From Eledone cirrhosa (Eukaryota), in the NCBI GenBank assembly GCA_964016885.1, contig OZ024741.1:408084001-408148000 (forward strand): a stretch of DNA of 64,000 nt. Reading direction: 5' to 3'. The translations under genes and the position numbers were made by a program. The notes beneath the pieces were generated by a model. That model saw only the letters and a program-made list of their open reading frames with translations, did not search any database and had not been told where the DNA came from. Shown piece by piece: positions 36,801-49,500 of this stretch (position 1 is its first letter; each line of letters starts with the position of its first letter).

Positions 36801-39800
36801 GGCTGAGTAACTGGAAGGTTAACAGGTTTGTTGGGTGGATGGCTGGGTAACTGGAAGATTAGCAGGTTTGTTGGGTGGATGGCTGGGTAACTGGAAGATT
36901 AGCAGGTGTGTTGGGTGGATGGCTGAGTAACTGGAAGGTTAACATATTTGTTGGGTGGATGACTGGGTAACTGGAAGGTTAGCAGGTTTGTTGGGTGGCT
37001 GGCTGGATAACTGGAACTTAGCAGGTTTGTTGGGTGGATGGCTGAGTAACTGGAACTTAGCGGGTTTGTTGGGTGGATGGCTGGGTAACTGGAAGGTTAA
37101 CAGGTTTGTTGAGTGGATGGCTGAGTAACTGGAAGGTTAATAGTTTTGTTGGGGGGATGGCTGAGTAACTGAAAGGTTAAAAGGTTTGTTGGGTGGATGG
37201 CTGAGTAACTGGAAGGTTAACAGGTTTGTTGGGTGGATGGCTGAGTAACTGGAAGGTTAACAGTTTTGTTGGGTGTATTCCTGGGTAACTGGAAGGTTAG
37301 CAGGTTTGTTGGGTTGATGGCTGAGTAACTGGAAGGTTAATAGGTTTGTTGGGTGGATGACTGAGTAACTGGAAGGTTAATAGGTTTGTTGGGTGGATGG
37401 CTGAGTAACTGGAAGGTTAGCAGCATTGTTGAGTGGATGGATGGGTAACTGGAACTTAGCAGGTTTGTTGGGTGGATGGCTGAGTAACTGGAAGGTTAAC
37501 AGTTTTGTTGGGTGGATTCATGGGTAACTGGAAGGTTAGCAGTTTTGTTGGGTGGATGGCTGAGTAACTGGAAGGTTAACAGTTTTGTTGGGTGGATGGC
37601 TGGGTAACTGGAAGATTAGCAGTTTTGTTGGGTGGATGGCTGGGTAACTGGAAGTTTAACAGGTTTGTTGGGTGGATGGCTGAGTAACTGGAAGGTTAAC
37701 AGGTTTGTTGGGTGGATGGTTGTTTAACTGGAAGGTTAGCAGGTTTGTTGTGTTCATGGCTGGGTAACTGGAATATTAACAGATTTGTTGGGTGGATGGC
37801 TGGGTAACTGGAAGGATAACAGGTAAGTTGTGTGGATGGCTGGGTAACTGGAAGGTTATAAGGTTTGTCGGGTGGATGGCTGGGTAACTGGAAGGTTAGC
37901 AGATTTGTTGGGTGGATGCCTGGGTAACTGGAAGTTTAGCAGGTTTGTTGGGTGCATGGCTGGGTTACTGGAAGGTTAGCAGGTTTGTTGGGTGAATGGC
38001 TGGGTAACTGGAAGGTTAGCAGGTTTGTTGGATGGATGGCTGGGTTCTGAAAGGTTAGCAGGTTTGTTGGGTAGATGGCTAGGTAACTTGAAGGTTAGCT
38101 GGTTTGTTGGGTGGATGGCTGGGTAACTGGAAGATTAACATTTTTGTGGGTTGGATGGCTGGGCAACTGGAAGGTTAACAGGTTTGTTGGGCGTATGGCT
38201 GTGTAACTGAAAGGTTAGCAGGTTTGTTGGGTGAATGCCTGGGTAACTGGTAGGTTAACATGTTTGTGGGGTGGATGGCTGGGTAACTGGAAGGTTAGAA
38301 CGTTTGTTGGGCGTATGGCTGTGTAACTGAAAGGTTAGCAGGTTTGTTGGGTGAATGCCTGGGTAACTGGTAGGTTAACATGTTTGTGGGGTGGATGGCT
38401 GGGTAACTGGAAGGTTAGAACGTTTGTTGGGTGGATGGCTGGGTAACTGGAAGGTTAACAGGTATGTTGGGTGGTTGGCTGGGTAACTGAAAGGTTTGCA
38501 GGTTTGTTAGGTGAATGTTGTGGGTAACTGGAAGGTGAGCAGGTTTGTTGGGTGGATGGCTGGGTAACTGGAATGTTAACAGTTTTGTTGGGTGCATGAT
38601 TGGGTAACTGGAAGGTTAGGAGATTTGTTGGGTGGATGGCTGGGTAACTGAAAGGTTAACAGATTTGTGGGGTGGATGGCTGGGTAACTGGAAGGTTAGC
38701 AGGTTTGTTGGGTGGATGGCTGGGTATCTGGAAGTTTAACAGGGTTGTTGGGCGGATGGCTGGGAAACTGGAACTTAGCGGGATTGTTGGGTTGATGGCT
38801 GAGTAACTGGAAGGTTAACAGGTTTGTTGGGTGGATGGCTGGGTAACTGGAAGGTTAGCAGGTTTGTTGGGTGGATGGCTGAGTAACTGGAAGATTCGCA
38901 GGTTTGTTGGGTGGATGGCTGAGTAACTGGAAGGTTAGCAGGTTTCTTGGGTGGATGGCTGGTTAACTGGAAGGTTAGCGGTTTTGTTGGGTGGATGGCT
39001 GAGTAACTGGAAGGTTAGAAGTTTTGTTGGGTGGATGGCCGAGTACTGGAAATTAGCAGGTTTGTTGGGTGGATGGCTGAGTAACTGGAAGGTTAATAGG
39101 TTTGTTGGGTGGATGGCTGAGTAACAGGAAGGTTAATAGGTTTGTTGGGTGGATGGCTGAGTAACTGGAAGTTTAACAGGTTTGTTGGGTGGATGGCTGG
39201 GTAACTGGAAGGTTAATAGGTTTGTTGGGTGGATGGCTGAGTAACTGGAAGGTTAATAGGTTTGTTGGGTGGATGGCTGAGTAACTGCACGGTTAACAGG
39301 TTTGTTGGGTGGATGGCTGAGTAACTGGAAGGTTAGCAGGTTTGTTGGGTGGATGACTGAGTAACTGGAAGGTTAACAGTTTTGTTGGGTAGATTCCTGG
39401 GTAACTGGAAGGTTAGCAGGTTTGTTGGGTTGATGGCTGAGTAACTGGAAGGTTAACAGGTTTGTTGGGTGGATGGCTGAGTAACTGGAAGGTTAATAGG
39501 TTTGTTGGGTGGATGGGTGAGTAACTGCAATGGTTAACAGGTTTGTTGGGTGGATGGCTGAGTAACTGGAAGGTTAACATGTTTGTTGGGTGGATGGCTG
39601 GGTAACTGGAAGGTTAATAGGTTTGTTGGGTGGATGGCTGAGCAACTGGAAGGTTAAGAGGTTTGTTGGGTGGATGGCTGAGTAACTGGAAGGTTAACAG
39701 TTTTGTTGGGTGGATGGCTGGGTAACTGGAAGGTTAATAGGTTTGTTGGGTGGATGGCTGAGTAACTGGAAGGTTAATAGGTTTGTTGGGTGGATGGCTG

Positions 39801-40500
39801 AGTAACTGGAAGGTTAATAGGTTTGTTGGGTGGATGGCTGAGTAACTGGAAGGTTAACAGGTTTTTTGGGTGGATGTCTGGGTAACTGCAAGGTTAGCAG
39901 GTTTGTTGGATGGATGGCTGAGTAACTGGAAGGTTAACAGTTTTGTTGGGTGTATTCCAGGGTAACTGGAAGGTTAATAGGTTTTTTGGGTGGATGGCTG
40001 CGTAACTGGAAGGTTAGCAGTTTTGTTGGGTGGCTGGCTGAGTAACTGGAAGGTTAACAGTTTTGTTGGGTGGATGGCTGGGTAACTGGAAGGTTAGCAG
40101 GTTTGTTGGGTGGATGGCTGAGTAAATGGAAGGTTAACAGGTTTGTTGGGTGGATGGCTGGGTAACTGGAAGACTAGCAGGTTTGTTGGGTGGATGGCTG
40201 GGTATTTGGAAGATTAGCAGGTGTGTTGGGTGGATGGCTGAGTAACTGGAAGGTTAACATATTTGTTGGGTGGATGACTGGGTAACTGGAAGGTTAGCAG
40301 GTTTATTGCGTGGCTGGCTGGATAACTGGAACTTAGCAGGTTTGTTGGGTGGATGGCTGAGTAACTGGAACTTAGCGGGTTTGTTGGGTGGATGGCTGGG
40401 TAACTGGAAGGTTAACAGGTTTGTTGAGTGGATGGCTGAGTAACTGGAAGGTTAATCGTTTTGTTGGGGGGATGGCTGAGTAACTGAAAGGTTAAAAGGT
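33900..40500. repeat. Tandem duplication of about 3.2-3.35 kb in satellite B
   Basis: ATTGTTGAGT 34071/37425 (offset 3354), identical 60-aa spurious ORFs at 35180/38415 (offset 3235), and GCAATGG 36212/39527 (offset 3315). The offsets differ by roughly whole monomers. Confidence 0.87.
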
Positions 40501-43500
40501 GTGTTGGGTGGATGGCTGGGTAACTGGAAGGTTAGCAGGTTTGTTGGGTGGATGGATGGGTAACTGGAACTTAGCAGGTTTGTTGGGTGGATGGCTGAGT
40601 AACTGGAAGGTTAACAGTTTTGTTGGGTGGATTCCTGGGTAACTGGAAGGTTAGCAGGTTTGTTGGGTGGATGGCTGGGTAACTGGAAGGTTAACAGTTA
40701 AGTTGGGTGGATGGCTGGGTAACTGGAAGGTTAACAGGTTTGTTGGGTGGATGGCTGGGTACTGGAAGTTTAGCAGGTTTGTTGGGTGGATGGCTGAGTA
40801 ACTGGAAGGTTAACAGTTTTGTTGGGTGGATGGCTGAGCAACTGGAAGGTTAGCAGGTTTGTTGGGTGGATGGCTGAGCAACTGGAAGGTTAGCAGGTTT
40901 GTTGGGTGGATGGCTGGGTAACTGGAAGATTAACAGGTTTGTTGGGTGGATGGCTGGGTAACTGGAAGGTTAACAGGTACGTTGGGTGGATGGCTGGGTA
41001 ACTGGAAGTTTAGCAGGTTTGTTGGGTGGATGCTGGGTAAATGGAAGGTTAGCAGTTTTGTTGGGTGGATGGCTGAGTAACTGGAACTTAGCGGGTTTGT
41101 TGGGTGGATGGCTGGGTAACTGGAAGGTTAATAGGTTTGTTGGGTGGATGGCAGAGTAACTGGAAGGTTAATAGGTTTGTTGGGTGGATGGCTGGGTAAC
41201 TGGAAGGTTAGCAGGTTTGTTGGGTAGATGGATGGGTAACTGGAACTTAGCAGGTTTGTTGGATGGATGGCTGAGTAACTGGAACTTAGCGGGTTTGTTG
41301 GGTGCATGGCTGGGTAACTGGAAGGTTAATAGGTTTGTTGGGTGGATGGCTGAGTAACTGGAAGGTTAGAAGGTTTGTTGGGTTGATGGATGGGTAACTG
41401 GGAGGTTAGCAGGTTTGTTGGGTGGATGGCTGAGTAACTGGAAGGTTAACAGTTTTGTTGGGTGGATTCCTGGGTAACTGAAAGGTTAACAGGTTTGTTG
41501 GGTGGATGGCTGAGTAACTGGAAGGTTAATAGGTTTGTTGGGTGGATGGCTGGGTAACTGGAAGGTTAGCAGGTTTGTTGGGTGGATGGCTGAGTCACTG
41601 GTAGGTTAACAGGTTTGTTTGGTGGGTGGCTGAGTAACTGGAAGGTTAACAGTTTTGTTGGGTGGATGGCTGGGTAACTGGAAGGTTAGCATGTTTGTTG
41701 GGTGGATGGCTGAGTAACTGGAAGGTTAACAGGTTTGTTGGGTGGATGGCTGGGTAACTGGAAGGTTAGCAGGTTTGTTGGGTGGATGGCTGGGTAACTG
41801 GAAGTTTAACAGTTTTGTTGGGTGGATGGCTGGGTAACTGGAAGGTTAGCATGTTTGTTGGGTGGATGGCTGAGTAACTGGTAGGTTAACAGGTTTGTTG
41901 GGTGGATGGCTGGGTAACTGGAAGATTAGCAGGTTTGTTGGGTGGATGGCTGGGTAACTCGAAGGTTAGCAGGTTTGTTGGGTGGATGGCTGAGTAACTG
42001 GAAGGTTAACATGTTTGTTGGGAGGATGGCTGGGTAACTGGAAGGTTAGCAGGTTTGTTGGGTGGCTGGCTGGATAACTGGAACTTAGCGGGTTTGTTGG
42101 GTGGATGTCTGGGTAACAGGAAGGTTAACAGGTTTGTTGAGTGGATGGCTGAGTAACTGGAAGGTTAATAGGTTTGTTGGGTGGATGGCTGAGTAACTGG
42201 AAGGTTAAAAGGTGTGTTGGGTGGATGGCTGGGTAACTGGAAGGTTAGCAGGTTTGTTGGGTGGATGGATGGGTAACTGGAACTTAGCAGGTTTGTTGGG
42301 TGGATGGCTGAGTAACTGGAAGGTTAACAGTTTTGTTGGGTGGATTCCTGGGTAACTGGAAGGTTAGCAGGTTTATTGGGTGGATGGCTGGGTAACTGGA
42401 TGATTAGCAGGTTGTTGGGTGGATGGCTGGGTAACTGGAAGGTTAACAGGTAAGTTGGGTGGATGGCTGGGTAACTGGAAGGTTAACAGGTTTGTTGAGT
42501 GGATGGCTGGGTAATGGAAGTTTAGCAGGTTTGCTGGGTGGATGGCTGAGTAACTGGAAGGTTAACAGGTTTGTTGGGTTGATGGCTGAGCAACTGGAAG
42601 GTTAGCAGGTTTGTTGGGTGGATGGCTGAGTAACTGGAAGGTTAACAGGTTTGTTGGGTGGATGGCTGTGTAACTGGAAGGTTAGCAGTTTTGTTGGGTG
42701 CATTCCTGGGTAACTGCAAGGTTAGCAGGTTTATTGGGTGGATGGCTGAGTAACTGGGAGATTAACAGGTTTGTTGGGTGGATGGCTGGGTAACTGGAAG
42801 GTTAACAGGTACGTTGGGTGGATGGCTGGGTAACTGGAAGTTTAGCAGGTTTGTTGGGTGGATGCTGGGTAAATGGAAGGTTAGCAGTTTTGTTGGGTGG
42901 ATGGCTGAGTAACTGGAAGGTTAATAGGTTTGTTGGGTGGATGGCTGGGTAACTGGAAGGTTAGCAGGTTTTTGGGTAGATGGATGGGTAACTGGAACTT
43001 AGCAGGTTTGTTGGGTGGATGGCTGAGTAACTGGAACTTAGCGGGTTTGTTGGGTGCATGGCTGGGTAACTGGAAGGTTAATAGGTTTGTTGGGTGGATG
43101 GCTGAGTAACTGGAAGGTTAGAAGGTTTGTTGGGTGGATGGATGGGTAACTGGGAGGTTAGCAGGTTTGTTGGGTGGATGGCTGAGTAACTGGAAGGTTA
43201 ACAGTTTTGTTGTGTGGATTCCTGGGTAACTGAAAGGTTAACAGGTTTGTTGGGTGGATGGCTGAGTAACTGGAAGGTTAATAGGTTTGTTGGGTGGATG
43301 GCTGGGTAACTGGAAGGTTAGCAGGTTTGTTGGGTGGATGGCTGAGTCACTGGTAGGTTAACAGGTTTGTTTGGTGGGTGGCTGAGTAACTGGAAGGTTA
43401 ACAGTTTTGTTGGGTGGATGGCTGAGTAACTGGAAGGTTAGCATGTTTGTTGGGTGGATGGCTGAGTAACTGGAAGGTTAACAGGTTTGTTGGGTGGATG

Positions 43501-46500
43501 GCTGGGTAACTGGAAGGTTAGCAGGTTTGTTGGGTGGATGGCTGAGTAACTGGAAGTTTAACAGTTTTGTTGGGTGGATGGCTGGGTAACTGGAAGGTTA
43601 GCATGTTTGTTGGGTGGATGGCTGAGTAACTGGTAGGTTAACAGGTTTGTTGGGTGGATGGCTGGGTAACTGGAAGATTAGCAGGTTTGTTGGGTGGATG
43701 GCTGGGTAACTCGAAGATTAGCAGGTTTGTTGGGTGGATGGCTGAGTAACTGGAAGGTTAAAATGTTTGTTGGGAGGATGGCTGGGTAACTGGAAGGTTA
43801 GTAGGTTTGTTGGGTGGCTGGCTGGATAACTGGAACTTAGCGGGTTTGTTGGGTGGATGTCTGGGTAACAGGAAGGTTAACAGGTTTGTTGAGTGGATGG
43901 CTGAGTAACTGGAAGGTTAATAGGTTTGTTGGGTGGATGGCTGAGTAACTGGAAGGTTAAAAGTTGTGTTGGGTGGATGGCTGGGTAACTGGAAGGTTAG
44001 CAGGTTTGTTGGGTGGATGGATGGGTAACTGGAACTTAGCAGGTTTGTTGGGTGGATGGCTGAGTAACTGGAAGGTTAACAGTTTTGTTGGGTGGATTCC
44101 TGGGTAACTGGAAGGTTAGCAGGTTTGTTGGGTGGATGGCTGGGTAACTGGAAGATTAGCAGGTTGTTGGGTGGATGGCTGGGTAACTGGAAGGTTAACA
44201 GGTTTGTTGGGTGGATGGCTGGGTAACTGGAAGATTAGCAGGTTTGTTGGGTGGATGGCTGAGTAACTGGAAGGTTAACATGTTTGTTGGGTTGATGGCT
44301 GAGCAACTGGAAGGTTAGCAGGTTTGTTGGGTGGATGGCTGAGTAACTGGGAGATTAACAGGTTTGTTGGGTGGATGGCTGGGTAACTGGAAGGTTAGCA
44401 GGTTTATTGGGTGGATGGCTGGGTAACTGGAAGATTAGCAGGTTGTTGGGTGGATGGCTGGGTAACTGGAAGGTTAACAGGTAAGTTGGGTGGATGGCTG
44501 GGTAACTGGAAGGTTAACAGGTTTGTTGAGTGGATGGCTGGGTAATGGAAGTTTAGCAGGTTTGCTGGGTGGATGGCTGAGTAACTGGAAGGTTAACAGG
44601 TTTGTTGGGTTGATGGCTGAGCAACTGGAAGGTTAGCAGGTTTGTTGGGTGGATGGCTGAGTAACTGGAAGGTTAACAGGTTTGTTGGGTGGATGGCTGT
44701 GTAACTGGAAGGTTAACAGTTTTGTTGGGTGCATTCCTGGGTAACTGCAAGGTTAGCAGGTTTATTGGGTGGATGGCTGAGTAACTGGGAGATTAACAGG
44801 TTTGTTGGGTGGATGGCTGGGTAACTGGAAGGTTAACAGGTACGTTGGGTGGATGGCTGGGTAACTGGAAGTTTAGCAGGTTTGTTGGGTGGATGCTGGG
44901 TAAATGGAAGGTTAGCAGTTTTGTTGGGTGGATGGCTGAGTAACTGGAACTTAGCGGGTTTGTTGGGTGGATGGCTGGGTAACTGGAAGGTTAATAGGTT
45001 TGTTGGGTGGATGGCAGAGTAACTGGAAGGTTAATAGGTTTGTTGGGTGGATGGCTGGGTAACTGGAAGGTTAGCAGGTTTTTGGGTAGATGGATGGGTA
45101 ACTGGAACTTAGCAGGTTTGTTGGGTGGATGGCTGAGTAACTGGAACTTAGCGGGTTTGTTGGGTGCATGGCTGGGTAACTGGAAGGTTAATAGGTTTGT
45201 TGGGTGGATGGCTGAGTAACTGGAAGGTTAGAAGGTTTGTTGGGTGGATGGATGGGTAACTGGGAGGTTAGCAGGTTTGTTGGGTGGATGGCTGAGTAAC
45301 TGGAAGGTTAACAGTTTTGTTGTGTGGATTCCTGGGTAACTGAAAGGTTAACAGGTTTGTTGGGTGGATGGCTGAGTAACTGGAAGGTTAATAGGTTTGT
45401 TGGGTGGATGGCTGGGTAACTGGAAGGTTAGCAGGTTTGTTGGGTGGATGGCTGAGTCACTGGTAGGTTAACAGGTTTGTTTGGTGGGTGGCTGAGTAAC
45501 TGGAAGGTTAACAGTTTTGTTGGGTGGATGGCTGGGTAACTGGAAGGTTAGCATGTTTGTTGGGTGGATGGCTGAGTAACTGGAAGGTTAACAGGTTTGT
45601 TGGGTGGATGGCTGGGTAACTGGAAGGTTAGCAGGTTTGTTGGGTGGATGGCTGAGTAACTGGAAGTTTAACAGTTTTGTTGGGTGGATGGCTGGGTAAC
45701 TGGAAGGTTAGCATGTTTGTTGGGTGGATGGCTGAGTAACTGGTAGGTTAACAGGTTTGTTGGGTGGATGGCTGGGTAACTGGAAGATTAGCAGGTTTGT
45801 TGGGTGGATGGCTGGGTAACTCGAAGATTAGCAGGTTTGTTGGGTGGATGGCTGAGTAACTGGAAGGTTAAAATGTTTGTTGGGAGGATGGCTGGGTAAC
45901 TGGAAGGTTAGTAGGTTTGTTGGGTGGCTGGCTGGATAACTGGAACTTAGCGGGTTTGTTGGGTGGATGTCTGGGTAACAGGAAGGTTAACAGGTTTGTT
46001 GAGTGGATGGCTGAGTAACTGGAAGGTTAATAGGTTTGTTGGGTGGATGGCTGAGTAACTGGAAGGTTAAAAGTTGTGTTGGGTGGATGGCTGGGTAACT
46101 GGAAGGTTAGCAGGTTTGTTGGGTGGATGGATGGGTAACTGGAACTTAGCAGGTTTGTTGGGTGGATGGCTGAGTAACTGGAAGGTTAACAGTTTTGTTG
46201 GGTGGATTCCTGGGTAACTGGAAGGTTAGCAGGTTTGTTGGGTGGATGGCTGGGTAACTGGAAGATTAGCAGGTTGTTGGGTGGATGGCTGGGTAACTGG
46301 AAGGTTAACAGGTTTGTTGGGTGGATGGCTGGGTAACTGGAAGATTAGCAGGTTTGTTGGGTGGATGGCTGAGTAACTGGAAGGTTAACATGTTTGTTGG
46401 GTTGATGGCTGAGCAACTGGAAGGTTAGCAGGTTTGTTGGGTGGATGGCTGAGTAACTGGGAGATTAACAGGTTTGTTGGGTGGATGGCTGGGTAACTGG

Positions 46501-49500
46501 AAGGTTAACAGGTACGTTGGGTGGATGGCTGGGTAACTGGAAGTTTAGCAGGTTTGTTGGGTGGATGCTGGGTAAATGGAAGGTTAGCAGTTTTGTTGGG
46601 TGGATGGCTGAGTAACTGGAACTTAGCGGGTTTGTTGGTGGATGGCTGGGTAACTGGAAGGTTAGCAGGTTTGTTGGGTGGATGGCTGGGTAAATGGAAG
46701 TTTAACAGGGTTGTTGGGCGGATGGCTGGGAAACTGGAACTTAGCGGGTTTGTTGGGTTGATGGCTGAGTAACTGGAAGGTTAACAGGTTTGTTGGGTGG
46801 ATGGCTGGGTAACTGGAAGGTTAGCAGGTTTGTTGGGTGGATGGCTGAGTAACTGGAAGATTCGCAGGTTTGTTGGGTGGATGGCTGAGTAACTGGAAGG
46901 TTAGCAGGTTTCTTGGGTGGATGGCTGGTTAACTGGAAGGTTAGCGGTTTTGTTGGGTGGATGGCTGAGTAACTGGAAGGTTAGAAGTTTTGTTGGGTGG
47001 ATGGCTGAGTACTGGAAATTAGCAGGTTTGTTGGGTGGATGGCTGAGTAACTGGAAGGTTAATAGGTTTGTTGGGTGGATGGCTGAGTAACTGGAAGGTT
47101 AACAGGTTTGTTGGGTGGATGGCTGGGTAACTGGAAGGTTAATAGGTTTGTTGGTTGGATGGCAGAGTAACTGGAAGGTTAATAGGTTTGTTGGGTGGAT
47201 GGCTGGGTAACTGGAAGGTTAGCAGGTTTGTTGGGTAGATGGATGGGTAACTGGAACTTAGCAGGTTTGTTGGGTGGATGGCTGAGTAACTGGAACTTAG
47301 CGGGTTTGTTGGGTGGATGGCTGGGTAACTGGAAGGTTAATAGGTTTGTTGGGTGGATGGCTGAGTAACTGGAAGGTTAGAAGGTTTGTTGGGTGGATGG
47401 ATGGGTAACTGGGAGGTTAGCAGGTTTGTTGGGTGGATGGCTGAGTAACTGGAAGGTTAACGGTTTTGTTGGGAGGATTCCTGGGTAACTGAAAGGTTAA
47501 CAGGTTTGTTGGGTGGATGGCTGAGTAACTGGAAGGTTAATAGGTTTGTTGGGTGGATGGCTGAGTAACTGGAAGGTTAACAGTTTTGTTGGGTGGATGG
47601 CTGGGTAACTGGAAGGTTAGCAGGTGTGTTGGGTGGATGGCTGAGTCACTGGTAGGTTAACAGGTTTGTTTGGTGGGTGGCTGAGTAACTGGAAGGTTAA
47701 CAGTTTTGTTGGGTGGATGGCTGGGTAACTGGAAGGTTAGCATGTTTGTTGGGTGGATGGCTGAGTAACTGGAAGGTTAACAGGTTTGTTGGGTGGATGG
47801 CTGGGTAACTGGAAGGTTAGCAGTTTTGTTGGGTGGATGGCTGAGTAACTGGAAGTTTAACAGTTTTGTTGGGTGGATGGCTGGGTAACTGGAAGGTTAG
47901 CATGTTTGTTGGGTGGATGGCTGAGTAACTGGAAGGTTAACAGGTTTGTTGGGTGGATGGCTGGGTAACTGGAAGATTAGCAGGTTTGTTGGGTGGATGG
48001 CTGGGTAACTCGAAGATTAGCAGGTTTGTTGGGTGGATGGCTGAGTAACTGGAAGGTTAACATGTTTGTTGGGAGGATGGCTGGGTAACTGGAAGGTTAG
48101 CAGGTTTGTTGGGTGGCTGGCTGGATAACTGGAACTTAGCGGGTTTGTTGGGTGGATGTCTGGGTAACAGGAAGGTTAACAGGTTTGTTGAGTGGATGGC
48201 TGAGTAACTGGAAGGTTAATAGGTTTGTTGGGTGGATGGCTGAGTAACTGGAAGGTTAAAAGGTGTGTTGGGTGGATGGCTGGGTAACTGGAAGGTTAGC
48301 AGGTTTGTTGGGTGGATGGCTGGCTAACTGGAAGGTTAATAGGTTTGTTGGGTGGATGGCTGGGTAACTGGAAGGTTAACAGGTTTGTTGGGTGGATGGC
48401 TGGGTAACTCGAAGATTAGCAGGTTTGTTGGGTGGATGGCTGGGTAACTGGAAGTTTAGCAGGTTTGTTGGGTGTATGGCTGAGTAACTGGAAGGTTAAC
48501 AGGTTTGTTGGGTGGATGGCTGGGTAACTGGAAGGTTAGCAGGTTTTTTGGGTGGATGGCTGGCTAACTGGAAGGTTAATAGGTTTGTTGGGTGGATGGC
48601 TGAGTAACTGGAAGGTTAATAGGTTTGTTGAGTGGATGGCTGTGTAACTGGAAGGTTAATAGGTTTGTTGGGTGGATGGCTGAGTAACTGGCAGGTTAAC
48701 AGATTTGTTGGGTGGATGGCTGGGTAACTGGAAGGTTAGCAGGTTTGTTGGGTGGATGGCTGAGTAACTGGAAGTTTAACAGTTTTGTTGGGTGGATTCC
48801 TGGGTAACTGGAAGGTTAGCAGGTTTGTTGGGTGGATGGCTGAGTAACTGGAAGGTTAATAGGTTTGTTGGGTGGATGGCTGAGTAACTGGAAGGTTAAT
48901 AGGTTTGTTGGGTGGATGGCTGGGTAACTGGAAGGTTAGCAGGTTTGTTGGGTGGATGGATGGGTAACTGGAACTTAGCAGGTTTGTTGGGTGGATGGCT
49001 GGGTACCGGAAGGTTAACAGGTTTTTTGGGTGGAGGGCTGGGTAACTGGAAGGTTAGCAGATTTGTTGGGTGGATGCCTGGGTAACTGGAAGTTTAGCAG
49101 GTTTGTTGGGTGCATGGCTGGGTTACTGGAAGGTTAGCAGGTTTGTTGGGTGGGTGGCTGGGTAACTGGAAGGTTAGCAGTTTTGTTGGATGGAAGGCTA
49201 GGTACTGAAAGGTTAGCTGGTTTGTTGGGTAGATGGCTAGGTAACTTGAAGGTTAGCAGGTTTGTTGGGTGGATGGCTGGGTATTTGGAAGACTAGCAGG
49301 TTTGTTGGGTGGATGGCTGGGTAACTGGAAGGTTAACAGGTCTGTTGGGTGGATGGCTGAGTAATTGGAAGGTTAGCAGGTTTGTTGGGTGGATGGCTGA
49401 GTAACTGGTAGGTTAAAAGGTTTGTTTGGTGGGTGGCTGGGTAACTGGAAGATTAATAGGTTTGTTGGGTGGATGGCTGGGTAACTGGAAGGTTAACAGG

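Noticed and set aside
35180-46772. Short W/G-rich or P/Q/H-rich ORFs in satellite B
   Set aside because: The 40-bp unit is not a multiple of 3. These ORFs arise where variants remove stops, and two are identical only because of the 3.2-kb duplication.
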